From: Cirrosporium novae-zelandiae
Lineage: Eukaryota
NCBI GenBank assembly: GCA_026023565.1
Contig: JAPETS010000002.1
Location: 62,001 to 126,000 of the forward strand
Reading direction: 5' to 3'
Length of the DNA: 64,000 bases
Numbering within the stretch: position 1 is the stretch's first letter; each line of letters opens with the position of its first letter. The notes beneath the pieces were generated by a model. That model was not told the origin of the DNA, made no database searches, and was given only the letters and a program-made list of their open reading frames with translations. The position numbers and the translations under genes were made by a program. Positions 25,323 to 37,270 of this stretch are shown here, in pieces.

Positions 25323-28300
25323 ATGTCGTCGTTCATATCACGAAGAAATCAGACCGAGGACTCGGATTCACACACAAGAAGCCCACCCCTTCATCCCTTA
25401 GCAGCGAACCCTCCGACACCATCGAGCTCCACCTCCCGATCACGGGGTAGAATCACCAAACAACCACCTATGAACCAACTCCGTGAGCCCTCATCCCAGG
25501 CTCCTCCTGTCAGGGACCGCAGCAGCTCTCAAACCCGACCTTCAGCGCTACCTCGTCCTAAACATATACAATCCTCAAACCATTTAAACCGGATGCGAGC
25601 CATTGGACTCGGAATTGAAACAAGCTCCACAGAAGACGTTAGGCCGGGAGCTATTAGAAGTGCATCATCAAGTTTACCCCGGTGTATTAATATATCCAAA
25701 AGCTTCGACGAAAGTGCCATCAAACGGAGACCCCTTGGCACTCGAAAAGCTTCCACTCCGGCGTTATCATCATCTCGAATTTTAACTTCTCCAGTATCCC
25801 GTGATAAAGAGTATGACCCCTTCCCAGGTACCGTTTTAGGAGTCACACTTCCTTTTCCTCCAACTTTAGAATCGAAAGCTACATTTAGGAATCTCCAATA
25901 TTCCGCCACTAGACCTTCTATCACATCGGACCATGGCTCACATATACAAAACAATTCGATCCGAACCCCCCCTCCATTGACTCATAGTTCAACTCCGTTT
26001 GTAGATAGTCCTTCGACTAGATACTCAGAATCCCCTAGTATCTTTAGCCGAGCTTCGTCAACCACCCCTGCTTCAGCTACCTCCACTTCTCCTTGTATAG
26101 TCCAGTATGCAAAAGCAGAAAGAACTGTTCCTCGACCTTCTTCTGACGATGCAAATCCACATCCACTTCCGCACCAGCCTACTGACTATTTTATATCTAC
26201 GGCGAAGATTAGGGAGTCGCAAGGTGAATCGGATCGTGGTAGAACCGTCTCACAGAATCGTCATGAGTCGTTTGCATCCAAAACTAGTGTCAGCACCGCA
26301 TCATCAGATGCTACACTTAGAGATAAGGCAGCCACTTCCCGTCAACATCTTCCACCGGCACCGCCTCCGCGCAAATCCTCACGCTTGCGACAACCACAAC
26401 CTTCACGAGGCACGGCGGAGGTTCGCCAGGATGATACTATCTCGTCGGGTAACAGGTCTTTCAGCACTGAAGCATCCCATATGGGTAGGTCGACCGCCAG
26501 AAAGGGGTCTTCCTCTAGGGAACCAAGTTCGAATTTCAGACCCTTGCGGCCTAGCCGTGAAGATATCCCAGAACTATCTGCATCTGAGTTGTCTTCCCCA
26601 ATTATTCAAATCAACCTACCTCGAAAAAGAGTTGTAGATCGCAGGCAGCGCATCTCCGAAAGGTCACACACCTCTTCTGATACAGAGAAAGATGAAAACA
26701 TCGCGAAGAAGCCCCAGCTAGTGACCAACAATTCGAACTCCCCTCCACGGTTAATACCAGAATTAAGACACATGCGAATCACTCCCTCCTCCATTGTCTC
26801 ACGCGACTCGGATTTGTCCTATCTAGAAACTGTCACTCCAGTTTCTTCAGTAGATATACCACCCAGAAATGAATCAGATCACCCTTCGTCTAGGAAGTTA
26901 AAGTCACCATTTAACTTTCTATCAAGGCATGCCAAATCACAACCAAAACAAACCCATTCATCAACGGCTACCTTGCCTCCATCAAGAAAGGGTCCTGCGG
27001 CCGGTACTGGCCACGAAGGATACGGCAAATACGCATACAGAGGAAGACGGCCGAGCATTAGCACAAACAGCAGCAGGGGCCGTTCCACAAGCACTTCGAA
27101 GAGCCTTGCACTTTCTGATTCTGGCTGTAAAAGCAGTATTACGAGTGGCAGCGAATCAGAAGTTGATGAATTTCTCAAAGAGCGATTAGCACCAGTGGTC
27201 CTTCGTGGTGGCATGCAACAGACTGAAGGCCACCACCTTGCTCTCTCAAACCATAGTGATGAGGATTCAGTGCAAAGCATGTCAAGTATGGAACAGGCGA
27301 TGGGACGGCCGACGTTATTAAGCGATCCTCGAGGCTCTTATAAGCAGCTTATGCTTCCGCTCTCCCCAGGCCACGTTGGGATTTCGAAAAAGCCATCCTT
27401 TGAAAATTTGTCTTCTATACGGAGAAAATTTGAAAAAGAACCAACAACGATTGCTGAACGCCGAACTTTCAGTAGATCTAATCTATTCCCATTTCCAACA
27501 CCAATCGATACTACTATGTTGGTAGCAACACCACCTCTTAACAGTCATGATACCTCATTATCTTCTTTACCAGACACTGATGATCCACTGGTATATAAAA
27601 CCGGTAAACTTAGGAAGCAACAGGAAAGTTTAGCTGGTCCAAAACACAAGAAGGGTCTGTTGAACATGTCTCGCTGGATGTTTCCCAGAAAATCTAAAGA
27701 TTCGGTCCAAATTCTTTCGAGTCCCGAAGCTGCAATGCATGAGATGCGAGCCGCAGTTTCTCCAATTAGTAGTACGCATGCAGTAGCTCACTATGCTATT
27801 ACCGACTCGTTAGAAGATATCGACCCTCCACCTTTAGATGCAATCTTAAAAGAGATCGAGGAATCTCGAACTTCCAGTGATTCAAATGGGGAGCTAAACT
27901 ATGCCACATCGCAAGTTAATGTCCAACGAGTAAACTCGATTCTGCTTCCACCTCCACCCCTCTTCTCAACAAACACTTCAGGGCTGCAAAGACCACCATC
28001 CCCAAAAGTTTCTCTGCACCGGGGTAGATTACCTGAAGTAGGTGAAACGAAGGAAAATGTACCCCAGAAACGGGTCGGTCGCCTAAGCCAAGTTGGACGG
28101 ATTCCAAAAGTTGTTTCTAGACGAGATCATGAGCACAAACCGTCAGCGGCATCTTTCTCACGACCTTTCAGTAAGGTTCCTTTACAGAACTCCCCACCTG
28201 CAGAGGATTCCGTTATTGGATTAGCGGAGGTAGTCGGTAAGCAAGCTTTCAACTTAGATATCAAAGGGTATGGGACAGAAAGACCATTTGCATCCTTGGA

Positions 28301-29924
28301 TTGCAATAGATCGCTAGCGATGCTGAATCCTGAGCCTCTCTCGTTGAAATCCAAAATCCCTGGTCAAGAAGAGTTCCTGTCATTTCCCCCAAGAAAGATA
28401 TCCGAAACTTCAGGCTCAAGCAGTTCTGGCGTAATAGATTTTTCGACAAACACTAATCAGCTCTCTGATTTATTGCCAGGCCTCTCTGACGATGAAATTT
28501 GGGATGAATTTGATGATTTGATCGACCATGCACTTTCTCCAATCAGCCCGAGATCAAGTTTTGCAAATTGTTCAAAGCCAACTATTTCAACAGACCAGAC
28601 TACACCGGTCTTGCCGCAGAACCAAAACAAGGTGGTTGATCGCAAGGGTAAGGGCAGAGCCTTAAACAATACAGATCCAGCATCTCCAATCAATATTTTA
28701 ACAGAAACACGGAATTCCATAATTCCGCCAAGGTTGACATGGTCGCCTGCATCTTCGACTCCATACTCTCTTAGCGACTTCTATGCTGCCTACGGAGATC
28801 GAAATCTCAGTAGTAGCGAAATTTCCGCCCTGCCAAGTCCTCCGATGGAAGGCCGCCGTCTTAGTTCCGAAGCTAATTATTATGCTTCACGCCCTCTTCC
28901 AAGTGTTGATGCAAGTGGTCAAACACGTTATCAAAATACACGGCTGCTTGATCTTGCAGAGCGACAGCGCTATGGTCCAGCTGCCCGGAGCAATCTTCGT
29001 TTCGGCGCTCTAATGACAAGTAGATGGCTCTCATTTGGCCGCGTTCTCTTTAGCCCTGCCCACGATGAAGTCAGTAGTACACTTCAAAACAATATCCTCG
29101 TCATCGATGGTCTAGGTAGTGATGACTGGTCTTTTTACTGTGCATTGACATACTCCAATGCCACTGTGTACAGCATCAGTCCACGTCCACCTTTGGATCC
29201 CTCTGCGGACAAAACTAAGGACCATGGTGGAGCGCTACCAGCCACATGGCAATCTCTTCCTAACCACCGTCGGATCTTCCATCCTACCAACGGACAGTCT
29301 TTCCCTTTTCCCAAGGGCTTTTTCACCGCAGTTGTTTTTAGATTTCCCCCGGCAAGTTCTGAAAGTTCATACCGAAGTACGATAGCGGAATGCAAACGTG
29401 TCTTACGACCAGGTGGTTATCTAGAATTGAGCGCGCTGGATCTGGACATGCTTAATATGGGAGATAAAACGAGACGCGCGATTCGTAAACTGAAAACGAG
29501 AATGCAAGCCGCTGATCCAGATGTATCACTAAGGCCAACCTCTGACAACCTTCAGCGGCTACTTGGCCGTCGTGGTTTTGAGAACCTCAACAGATGTATG
29601 GTGGGCATTCCCGTGGCTAGGGGTGTTCGGAACTCTGGCTCTATCTCATCTTCGGATGAACATGGACTTTCACTTGACGAGATGTTGAAAGACCCTTCTG
29701 CGAAGGGTGATGAAGACATCACTAAAATGATTGCTAGAGTAGGACGTTGGTGGTATACTCGATGCTACGAACTTGGGGTTTTACCGGAAGGGCGCCTCGA
29801 GGGGAGCATCTGGAGTGATCGAGGCTTGCTAAGAGAATGTGAGAAAAGAATGACAGGTTTTAAGATGTTGATATGCTATGCGCAAAAACCAGTTCTATCA
29901 AAGAGAAGAACTGTATCGCTCTAA
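25323..29924 (+). CDS. 1533-aa protein with long S/P/R-rich disordered region and C-terminal class I SAM-methyltransferase-like domain
   Basis: Single long ORF. C-terminal motifs ILVIDGLG, FPFPKGFFTAVVFR and ECKRVLRPGGYLE resemble Methyltransf_11. Confidence 0.85.
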   Translation: MSSFISRRNQTEDSDSHTRSPPLHPLAANPPTPSSSTSRSRGRITKQPPMNQLREPSSQAPPVRDRSSSQTRPSALPRPKHIQSSNHLNRMRAIGLGIETSSTEDVRPGAIRSASSSLPRCINISKSFDESAIKRRPLGTRKASTPALSSSRILTSPVSRDKEYDPFPGTVLGVTLPFPPTLESKATFRNLQYSATRPSITSDHGSHIQNNSIRTPPPLTHSSTPFVDSPSTRYSESPSIFSRASSTTPASATSTSPCIVQYAKAERTVPRPSSDDANPHPLPHQPTDYFISTAKIRESQGESDRGRTVSQNRHESFASKTSVSTASSDATLRDKAATSRQHLPPAPPPRKSSRLRQPQPSRGTAEVRQDDTISSGNRSFSTEASHMGRSTARKGSSSREPSSNFRPLRPSREDIPELSASELSSPIIQINLPRKRVVDRRQRISERSHTSSDTEKDENIAKKPQLVTNNSNSPPRLIPELRHMRITPSSIVSRDSDLSYLETVTPVSSVDIPPRNESDHPSSRKLKSPFNFLSRHAKSQPKQTHSSTATLPPSRKGPAAGTGHEGYGKYAYRGRRPSISTNSSRGRSTSTSKSLALSDSGCKSSITSGSESEVDEFLKERLAPVVLRGGMQQTEGHHLALSNHSDEDSVQSMSSMEQAMGRPTLLSDPRGSYKQLMLPLSPGHVGISKKPSFENLSSIRRKFEKEPTTIAERRTFSRSNLFPFPTPIDTTMLVATPPLNSHDTSLSSLPDTDDPLVYKTGKLRKQQESLAGPKHKKGLLNMSRWMFPRKSKDSVQILSSPEAAMHEMRAAVSPISSTHAVAHYAITDSLEDIDPPPLDAILKEIEESRTSSDSNGELNYATSQVNVQRVNSILLPPPPLFSTNTSGLQRPPSPKVSLHRGRLPEVGETKENVPQKRVGRLSQVGRIPKVVSRRDHEHKPSAASFSRPFSKVPLQNSPPAEDSVIGLAEVVGKQAFNLDIKGYGTERPFASLDCNRSLAMLNPEPLSLKSKIPGQEEFLSFPPRKISETSGSSSSGVIDFSTNTNQLSDLLPGLSDDEIWDEFDDLIDHALSPISPRSSFANCSKPTISTDQTTPVLPQNQNKVVDRKGKGRALNNTDPASPINILTETRNSIIPPRLTWSPASSTPYSLSDFYAAYGDRNLSSSEISALPSPPMEGRRLSSEANYYASRPLPSVDASGQTRYQNTRLLDLAERQRYGPAARSNLRFGALMTSRWLSFGRVLFSPAHDEVSSTLQNNILVIDGLGSDDWSFYCALTYSNATVYSISPRPPLDPSADKTKDHGGALPATWQSLPNHRRIFHPTNGQSFPFPKGFFTAVVFRFPPASSESSYRSTIAECKRVLRPGGYLELSALDLDMLNMGDKTRRAIRKLKTRMQAADPDVSLRPTSDNLQRLLGRRGFENLNRCMVGIPVARGVRNSGSISSSDEHGLSLDEMLKDPSAKGDEDITKMIARVGRWWYTRCYELGVLPEGRLEGSIWSDRGLLRECEKRMTGFKMLICYAQKPVLSKRRTVSL

Positions 29925-31399
29925 ATGAGCAATGAGATACCCTAGTATCTATCTTTATACGACTTCGAATGTGATGATGTGATGGACATGATTAATGCGA
30001 TAAATGAGAGAAGAGTTTGACGTATGCGATGACGAGTGTTTTTTTTTCTCTTCTAAGTTTTATTTGAGCGGCATATGGGCGGAAGATATACTTGCAGCAT
30101 TTTCTAGCGGGCTATGGCTGTTGCATTTGATATTTGATATTGATATTTAATGTTGGAAATTCCCCTGGACCCTGGAAAACGTTAGATTATTGGAATGATA
30201 ATAATGGATAAAAATGATTGATTGGTCTTGATGACCTCCCCCCCCCCCACACATATCACTGTGGATAGAAAATAATGTGTTGAACCAACCATGGAGATTC
30301 CTAACTAATTGTTCACACAATACTTCCTACACGTGTTTCATGTGTTCCCTATATGGCGCTTGGTACTTAGTCAGCTGACCTTGGCTTTGACATCATCTCC
30401 CGACTCTCTCGCGCCATAGATGGACTCCGCATCTGCACCTTCCGTCTTCCGTAGACCTACATATGTAAGGAACCGTGGGAGCTAGGAGAAGACTCGAATA
30501 GCAAACCACTCGGTATCGTCTTCTTTATTTATTCCTGGATTCATTCTTGAATCCGTTTGTACAGTACAAAACGTATGCACCATGCAGTTTTCACGTTCCA
30601 GCAATCGCAAATGCTAATATGATAAGCAGCTACAAATTTACCTCCGTGTAACAGCGCCGAAGAACCCAAAAGTCCCAAAGCCCAAAAGACGCTGGGTGCC
30701 AGGACTGTATCTGTATACTTCAAGACTCGCACAATCTAGCCTTCTCAATCATGGAAAGAAAAGGGCCTGCGGCGCCATTGCTATCATCAATGGAGCACCC
30801 GCAGCATGCACCTCAACCACAGCAATACTGCAGAGACCCCTACCATGTCGAAAATGAACATAATAACCGTGAATATGGAACTCTTCGTGAGCAGAGTGGT
30901 GATGCGTTGATGGTAGGTACCTGTCCTCCTTCGGTCACCAGACCCTCCTACCTGGTCCGTTGTCCTTGATCGAGTTCCCAGGTGTGCCTGTTTTAGTGTC
31001 TTCTTATTTGCTTGAACTATGTTACTCTCATTCAGTATAGTAAGATTAGAAAGTCGAGAACCTTGCTCGGAGAGAGTTTACGCTCTTTGGGGTGGACTCT
31101 TGCTACGATCATGATAAATGCCCCAGTCTACAGCTCGCGATTATCAATCTATTGGCCCTTCTCTATTCACCCCTAGTCGACTTTGTACCTACTATTTGAT
31201 ACCATTTTAATTCACTCGCCATGTCGCTAGTAGTATTTGTTGATAACCAGAGCAGCATAACAAGGAAGTGAATATTCACCTCCTTAATTCTCCTCTCCTT
31301 TCAGCAGGAAAATATCCTCGACGAGCCACAACCAAGTTCCGTCTCCAAAAGTTAATAAGTTTCTTACTTTTGAGTAGTTTGCTTGCGGCATCTATCATC

Positions 31400-33515
31400 A
31401 TGCTCTATGGCCGTATCAACCAAACACTTACAGCACTGGCGACTTACCTTGGAATTGGTGCGTTGTTCGGTTCTGGAGCAAGTGGAGCTGGAGCCCAATT
31501 TACACCTATCTTGCCGCCATCTTACCCACTTGCAGTTCGATCGCCTTACCTCTCAGGTATATTTCAATTCATAACCTTTCTTTCACACATACTGACTTCT
31601 AGTTAAAGCTTGGGTTCCAGGGAATAAAGCTGGAGCTTTTCCAGAAGCCCAAGCTGAATTTTGGAATGGCCGGCCTTTGGGATGGACGGTCATTGCTCGT
31701 GTTAAAGATACTGCTTATAGTTTGTTTGGAAAGCCTGGCGTTGGCGAAACTGCCACTTTAAACAGTGCTGAGTATACTTCCACTCACTCGATATTCATCC
31801 TATCAGCAGGAAGTGCTACATTCACCTTAGACTTCTTCTCGCCGGTCTCACCTCATAACCTTGTCCGACAATCTCTCCCTTTCAGTTACCTTACAGTCTG
31901 TGTGAATTATCAAGGCTCGGGGAATGTTCAAATCTACAGTGATATTGATGGTTCGTGGGCTGGTCCAACTGCTTCTCATTATTATTACTTCCAGGCACCA
32001 AAAAATACTTCTTACTACGAAGTAGCACCTAGGAACAAAAGATTCTGGGAAGAAGGAGATGAGATGTCGCTTTGGGGCCAAGCAGTTTATGGGACACGAC
32101 CTTACGATGGTTCCGAGGTGACTAGTCAGGTCGGAAGCGGTTCCATGGTACGCGATCAATTTGCTAAATATGGTGAACTTAAGGGAACGCATGCCGACTG
32201 GGACGACGGAAACAGCGTTTTGGGGTTTTCTCATAACCTTGGGAATATCAAAGACCAAAAATCCGTCACCTTTGCCGTCGGACACGAGAGAAATTACTCT
32301 ATAAACTACCTTGGCGAACCTCAGACAGGTTATTATCGAGCTACATATCCTGACGTTCCATCTTCTCTTGCTCATTTTCTTGATGATTATGACGATGCTT
32401 ATACGGAAGCTGTGGAATTTGATAATGCTGTAGATACTAAGGCCTCTCAAATCTCGGAACACTACTCTAATATTGTTACCCTCTCCGTTCGTCAATCTTT
32501 CGGGAGCATGGAATTCACGATTCCGGAAAACACCCATAACACGAAAGATGCAATGGCTTTTATGAAAGAAATATCCAGCGACGGGAATGTCAACACGCTT
32601 GATGTAATCTTCCCAACTTTTCCAATCTTCTATGTTACAAATCCAGATATCATTCGACTTTTGCTGGAACCAGTCTTGCGGTATCTCAAACTGGGCAAGT
32701 GGCCGCATGAATGGGCAATCCACGACATTGGATTCAACTATCCAAAGGCATTTGGTCACGACCTAGGGCATGCCGAACAAATGCCGCTTGAGGAGTCCGG
32801 AAATATCATTCTTTTAGCATATGCCTACCAGAAAACCACCGGTGACAGCAGCTGGGCCAAACAATACAAGGATATCTTTAAAGGCTATGCCACTTATCTC
32901 GCTGAGAAGGGCTGGCATCCTGCGAATCAACTAGCGTCAAGCGATGCCGCCGGTTGGGCCGTGAATCAAACAAATCTGGCTATCAAATCAGCTGTCGGTA
33001 TGGTTGCTTATGGTAAAATGTTCTCCGATTCATACTTTGTTGATAATGGGACTGCTCTAGCCCATGCTTTGTACAATGAAGGTCTTGGCACCGATGCAAA
33101 GAAAACGCATTTTGTCCTTTCGTATAACGAGGATAAGACCTGGTCTGGTTGCTACAACCTCATCTCCGATGTCCTCTTCTCTTTCAACATATTTCCATCC
33201 GAAGCATACAGTATGCAATCCTCCTGGCTTGAGACCGTGCGCGATACCGCAGGCGTTCCTCTAGACAGTCGTGTCAAGTGGACCAAGTCCGACTGGAATA
33301 TGTTCTTGGCATCAATTTCGGGCACCAAGGTGCGAAATCAATACATCGAGGATCTGTACAACTATGTCTCGAATGGCAAGAACGACCATCCATTCAGTGA
33401 TCGCTATTGGGTTGCCAACAACGACGCCGGGTACTTCTTCCAGATTATGAATAGGCCAACTGTGGGTGGGCATTTCGCGCCAATGGCAGTACTTCAGGGA
33501 TCTTCGCTCTTCTAG
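31400..33515 (+). CDS. Glutaminase GtaA-family protein (DUF5127/DUF4965/DUF1793 architecture); intron 31557-31608; possible longer N-terminus (see findings)
   Basis: PPSYPLAVRSPYLS|AW, RQSLPFSY, FMKEISSDGNVNTLDVIFP, HDIG, MPLEESGN, QTNLAIK, TKSDW and RPTVGGHFA motifs. Confidence 0.9.
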
Positions 33516-34565
33516 TGCACAGGTGGAGGGGCTGGTCTCGACGTCCAAACCTCTGTAAGGAAGAACGAATGCATAGCGATTGCATAACGAAAGGAAGGAA
33601 ATAAATTTGCTTTGATTCAAGTCTTGTTTTTCGCGTAACCCTACAATGTATGAATAAACATTGCAATCACGACATCTGATTAGCAGATGGTGGATTGCCC
33701 GTATAATTAAATTCTCAATCCTATCAAGTAGTACATTGGAGAGTGAAACGGGTAAAAAGTATCTGCATAAGGCTGCGACCCCTCAACTTTGGCTGGAGTA
33801 TGCATAGGTTGTCTCACGCCCAAGAGAAGTGCTGCACTCCTCGACTCGCGTCCTGCAAGGAACACCAATCTCTGTTCTGCTATTACTGCATAGCCTTCAA
33901 GATGAATTCATGCCTTGCCAAAACATCATCGTATTCACCCTACGACTTTCTCCACGATAGTATATGAGGATGATAGCGGCTCCTTACGATCATCACCTTA
34001 ATCGCCTCTACTCTTTGCCCTACCTCCATGACACCTAATATGAACAACTTCCACCTTATCGGTTCGTTGGTTCACCCTAGGTCATGATTTGTACGCTAGA
34101 CTCGGCATCGAATGAAAGATGATGAACAGATACCAACCACGGTCGCGAGCATGGGGTATCATGCAGAAAACTGACCATTCAAGCAAGGGCTGCGACAGCG
34201 ATATACGGATGTTAATACCATGTTGAAATAATAAAGTCTTGGTACGGATACTGGCATTTCTATGAACGTTGTTCAGCGAAGCTCAATGGACGGCATAAAT
34301 CAGCTAGGTCTATGGTGTACTACAAAATTGGAGGAGTAGGGTTTTTTTATTGACATGCTGTGCTCGTCAACAAACCACGGGGAAAACATTCAATCATTGT
34401 TCTAATCTGACGGCTCAGGAATACAATCATGTGGTTCCCGTCCTTTTTCAAGTACGGCGCGTGATACGTATTTCACAGGCTCTGGACTGGACAACGGACT
34501 AGATGGTATCATAAAGGAAGCTATTTTGAACTTTTCGTCAAGGAGAAATGAACGGCTCAAGGTAT

Positions 34566-35922
34566 CTACAGCAGATCTTTATACTCATCTTCCTTCTCGG
34601 GTGCAGCTCCATCCAGGTGCTCGAACAAATGCACCCCCCAGCTCTTACTCGGGTTATTAAACCTTGCCCTCTTATCCCGTCCCGCGATCCTCTCCATCTC
34701 ATCCAGCGTCAACGGCACCGTTTCCGCTTCCAAATTCTCCTCAATCCACTCCTTATGCACACTTTTCGGAATCACAACCGTACCCCGCTGAATACCCCAC
34801 GACAGAATCACCTGTGCGGGGGTCGCATTCTTCTCTTCCGCCAGACCCACAAAGAACGGATCTTCAACAATGGGCGGAATTTTGGTCTTGTATATCGAAT
34901 TCATATTCGCCAAAGGCGAATAAGCGATAACCGGAATTCCCACCCCCTCACTGCTATGCCAATCCACAAAATCCTGTTGCTGCAAATACGGGTGCGTCTC
35001 AAACTCATGCGCTGCGGGCTTGATGCTACAATTCCTTAACACCTTCTCCACATCTCCTTTCGCAAAATTCGAAATCCCGATAAACCGAGTGAGATTGGCG
35101 CGAACAAGATCTTCCATGGCGGCCCACGTATCAAGGATGGAAACATGCTTATCGAGGACGGGACCGCTGTCACCTGATGACGACGATGGTGATTTTGTTG
35201 GATCAAACGCCACGGGCCAGTGCATGAGATACAGATCCAGATACTCGACCCCGAGACCCGAAAGCGTTTTCTCAAGAGCCGGACGAACGTTTGATGGGCG
35301 ATGTGCAGTATTCCATAATTTGCTAGTGATCCAGAGATCGGATCTTGAGAGGCCGGAGGCGGAGATTCCTCGGCCTACTTCTTTTTCATTACCCTGGATT
35401 GATGGAGGTGAGTTAATGATTCTAGACCTTAGGAGAGAGTTTGTTGGGGGAGGGGGTGGAGAATAGGTAAGTCCTTTACACACATACATAAATTGCAGCA
35501 GCATCGATATGTCGGTATCCAGCTGCCAAAGCCCATTGGACCGCATCAGTTACCTATAACTCATTCGTCAGTCAGTCAGTCAGTCAGTCAGTCAACACAT
35601 ATTTGCTTGCAAAAGGTACGTAAAAGTAAGTCAAATCCCAAACCTTTGATTTTTCAGCCCTCCACGTCCCCAGTCCTATCGATGGAATGATAAATGGAAC
35701 AGGATTGGTAGATATCTTCTCCTCTACCGACTAGGTAGTGGTGGTGGTGGTCCTCCCCCAACCACCCTCCTCCTTCTTTTCTCTAGAAGAAGAATAATAA
35801 TAACAATAGTGATGATGTTGATGAGAGCTGCTATACTTAGGTAGGAGAAAAAGGATCGATGTTCTATAGAGTAATATCGTTAAGAGGAGGATTGATTTTG
35901 AGATTGAGGGGATGATGGCCAT
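34566..35922 (-). CDS. Aldo-keto reductase (AKR superfamily); introns 35554-35643 and 35394-35487; in-frame TAG at 35731-35733 in the N-terminal region
   Basis: IPSIGLGTW|…GYRHIDAAAIY|GNE…ITSKLWN…YLDLYLMHWP…IGISNF…ETHPYL…AYSPL…VIPKS. The catalytic D-Y-K-H tetrad is intact; the start is unresolved. Confidence 0.85.
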
Positions 35923-37270
35923 GAGGTAAGTAGTAGTAGTGGTGGTGATTCCTTGGAGTTGATTTAATCCACAATAGATCAAAAACAAAAAACTAAATAG
36001 CAGTAAGCACAGTACAGTACCCTACCTAGTAAGAACGAAGAAACAAGATCAGATGAATAGATTTAATTAATTCAATTAAATATATACTATCATAAAAAAC
36101 AGAAACATAAATTATTTACTGCACTATTATTGTTAAATATCAGCAAGGTGTAGACGGGTTATGTGTAATAGTGACATCAGCATCAGAGAACTGTTTCATT
36201 CATCCCTCCTCCCTCCTCCCCCACATTCGTTCGTCTAACCCGCAACCCGCTCTAACCTAGGCGGGTAGGTGTCTTATAATGTACTTGTGTACCATGAAAA
36301 AAAAAAAAAAAAAATCTCCGATAAAATGCGGGGAGAGTGCGACAAGGATGGGTGAGTAACTAGAGACGAACGAATGGCTACAGTACGGTAAATATGATGA
36401 TACTTGATACTTTAATGCTTTTGAGAGAAAAGTAAAATATGGAAGGGAAGTTGGGAAGGTATATACCAAGTATATACATGTACATGTACTTAGACTATAC
36501 ATATTAATTATGAAGTATAAATACTTATCTTGTATCTTGTGGGTCGTGAGTTGTGGATTTTTTTTAAAAAAAGGGGGGGAAGGAAGGGGTTCTCTATTTC
36601 TTTCTTCAGGGTGATTTACCTTTTTATATTTCTAGAGATATGTGGTAGTAGACTATTTCTTTTATTGTTGTTGGAGGGGATTGATGGAAGATAAGTATAA
36701 TTACATATCTATCGTGCGTATTTGATTTCGAGGAGGTTAGGTTAGGCTTTGTCTATTGTGTGTAGTGACTGGACTACCTAGCTACCTATGCTTTTATGTC
36801 TTATGTCTACATACATATACATATATATGTACAACTTTGTCGTCACATACTGAAGTAAAAAGTTATGTATCTGGAGAAAAAGCTAGCCTATAAAATACTA
36901 ACTTTAGTTTTAGCTTTCGTATAGTTAATGATATGGTATGATATTTGTAATGGGGATTAGGGATAGTAGGGCGGGGGGTGGAGATGGAATAGGGGGATAT
37001 GATTGATTGATGGTTGTTATGTTTATGTATATAAGGTAATAACAAGTTTAAAAAAAAAGGTGTTGGTTAGGAGAAATATGTGAGAGTATTAGTAGTTTAT
37101 TTCTTAAAGGATTTTCTGATTTATTATTTCAAGGGAAAAAATCATTCATGCCGATCTATCTAATCTCAAAACTAGGTGAAATTATTGAAAAGATGACCTT
37201 TTTTTTCAAATCTTAAAACTCGTGATATTGCTTATTGCTTATTGCCTACTGCTCTCGCTCCTACTCCTAC

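Noticed and set aside
30420..30650. Short spliced ORF MDSASAPSVFRRPTY with two intron-like segments
   Set aside because: Splice signals are plausible but the product is only about 25 aa. At most a uORF in a leader; cannot be supported as a gene.
31848..32759. 303-aa antisense ORF over the GtaA-family gene
   Set aside because: Shadow ORF with no recognisable motifs.
34080..34295. Minus-strand words RPLSFAEQR and HHLSFDAES resembling NRPS condensation motifs
   Set aside because: Spacing is about half of that expected, stops intervene and no other NRPS motif is visible; probably coincidence (BLASTX would settle it).
36000..37200. AT-rich tract as a possible RIP-degraded transposon
   Set aside because: Consists of homopolymers and microsatellites; no terminal repeats or transposase/RT remnants seen.
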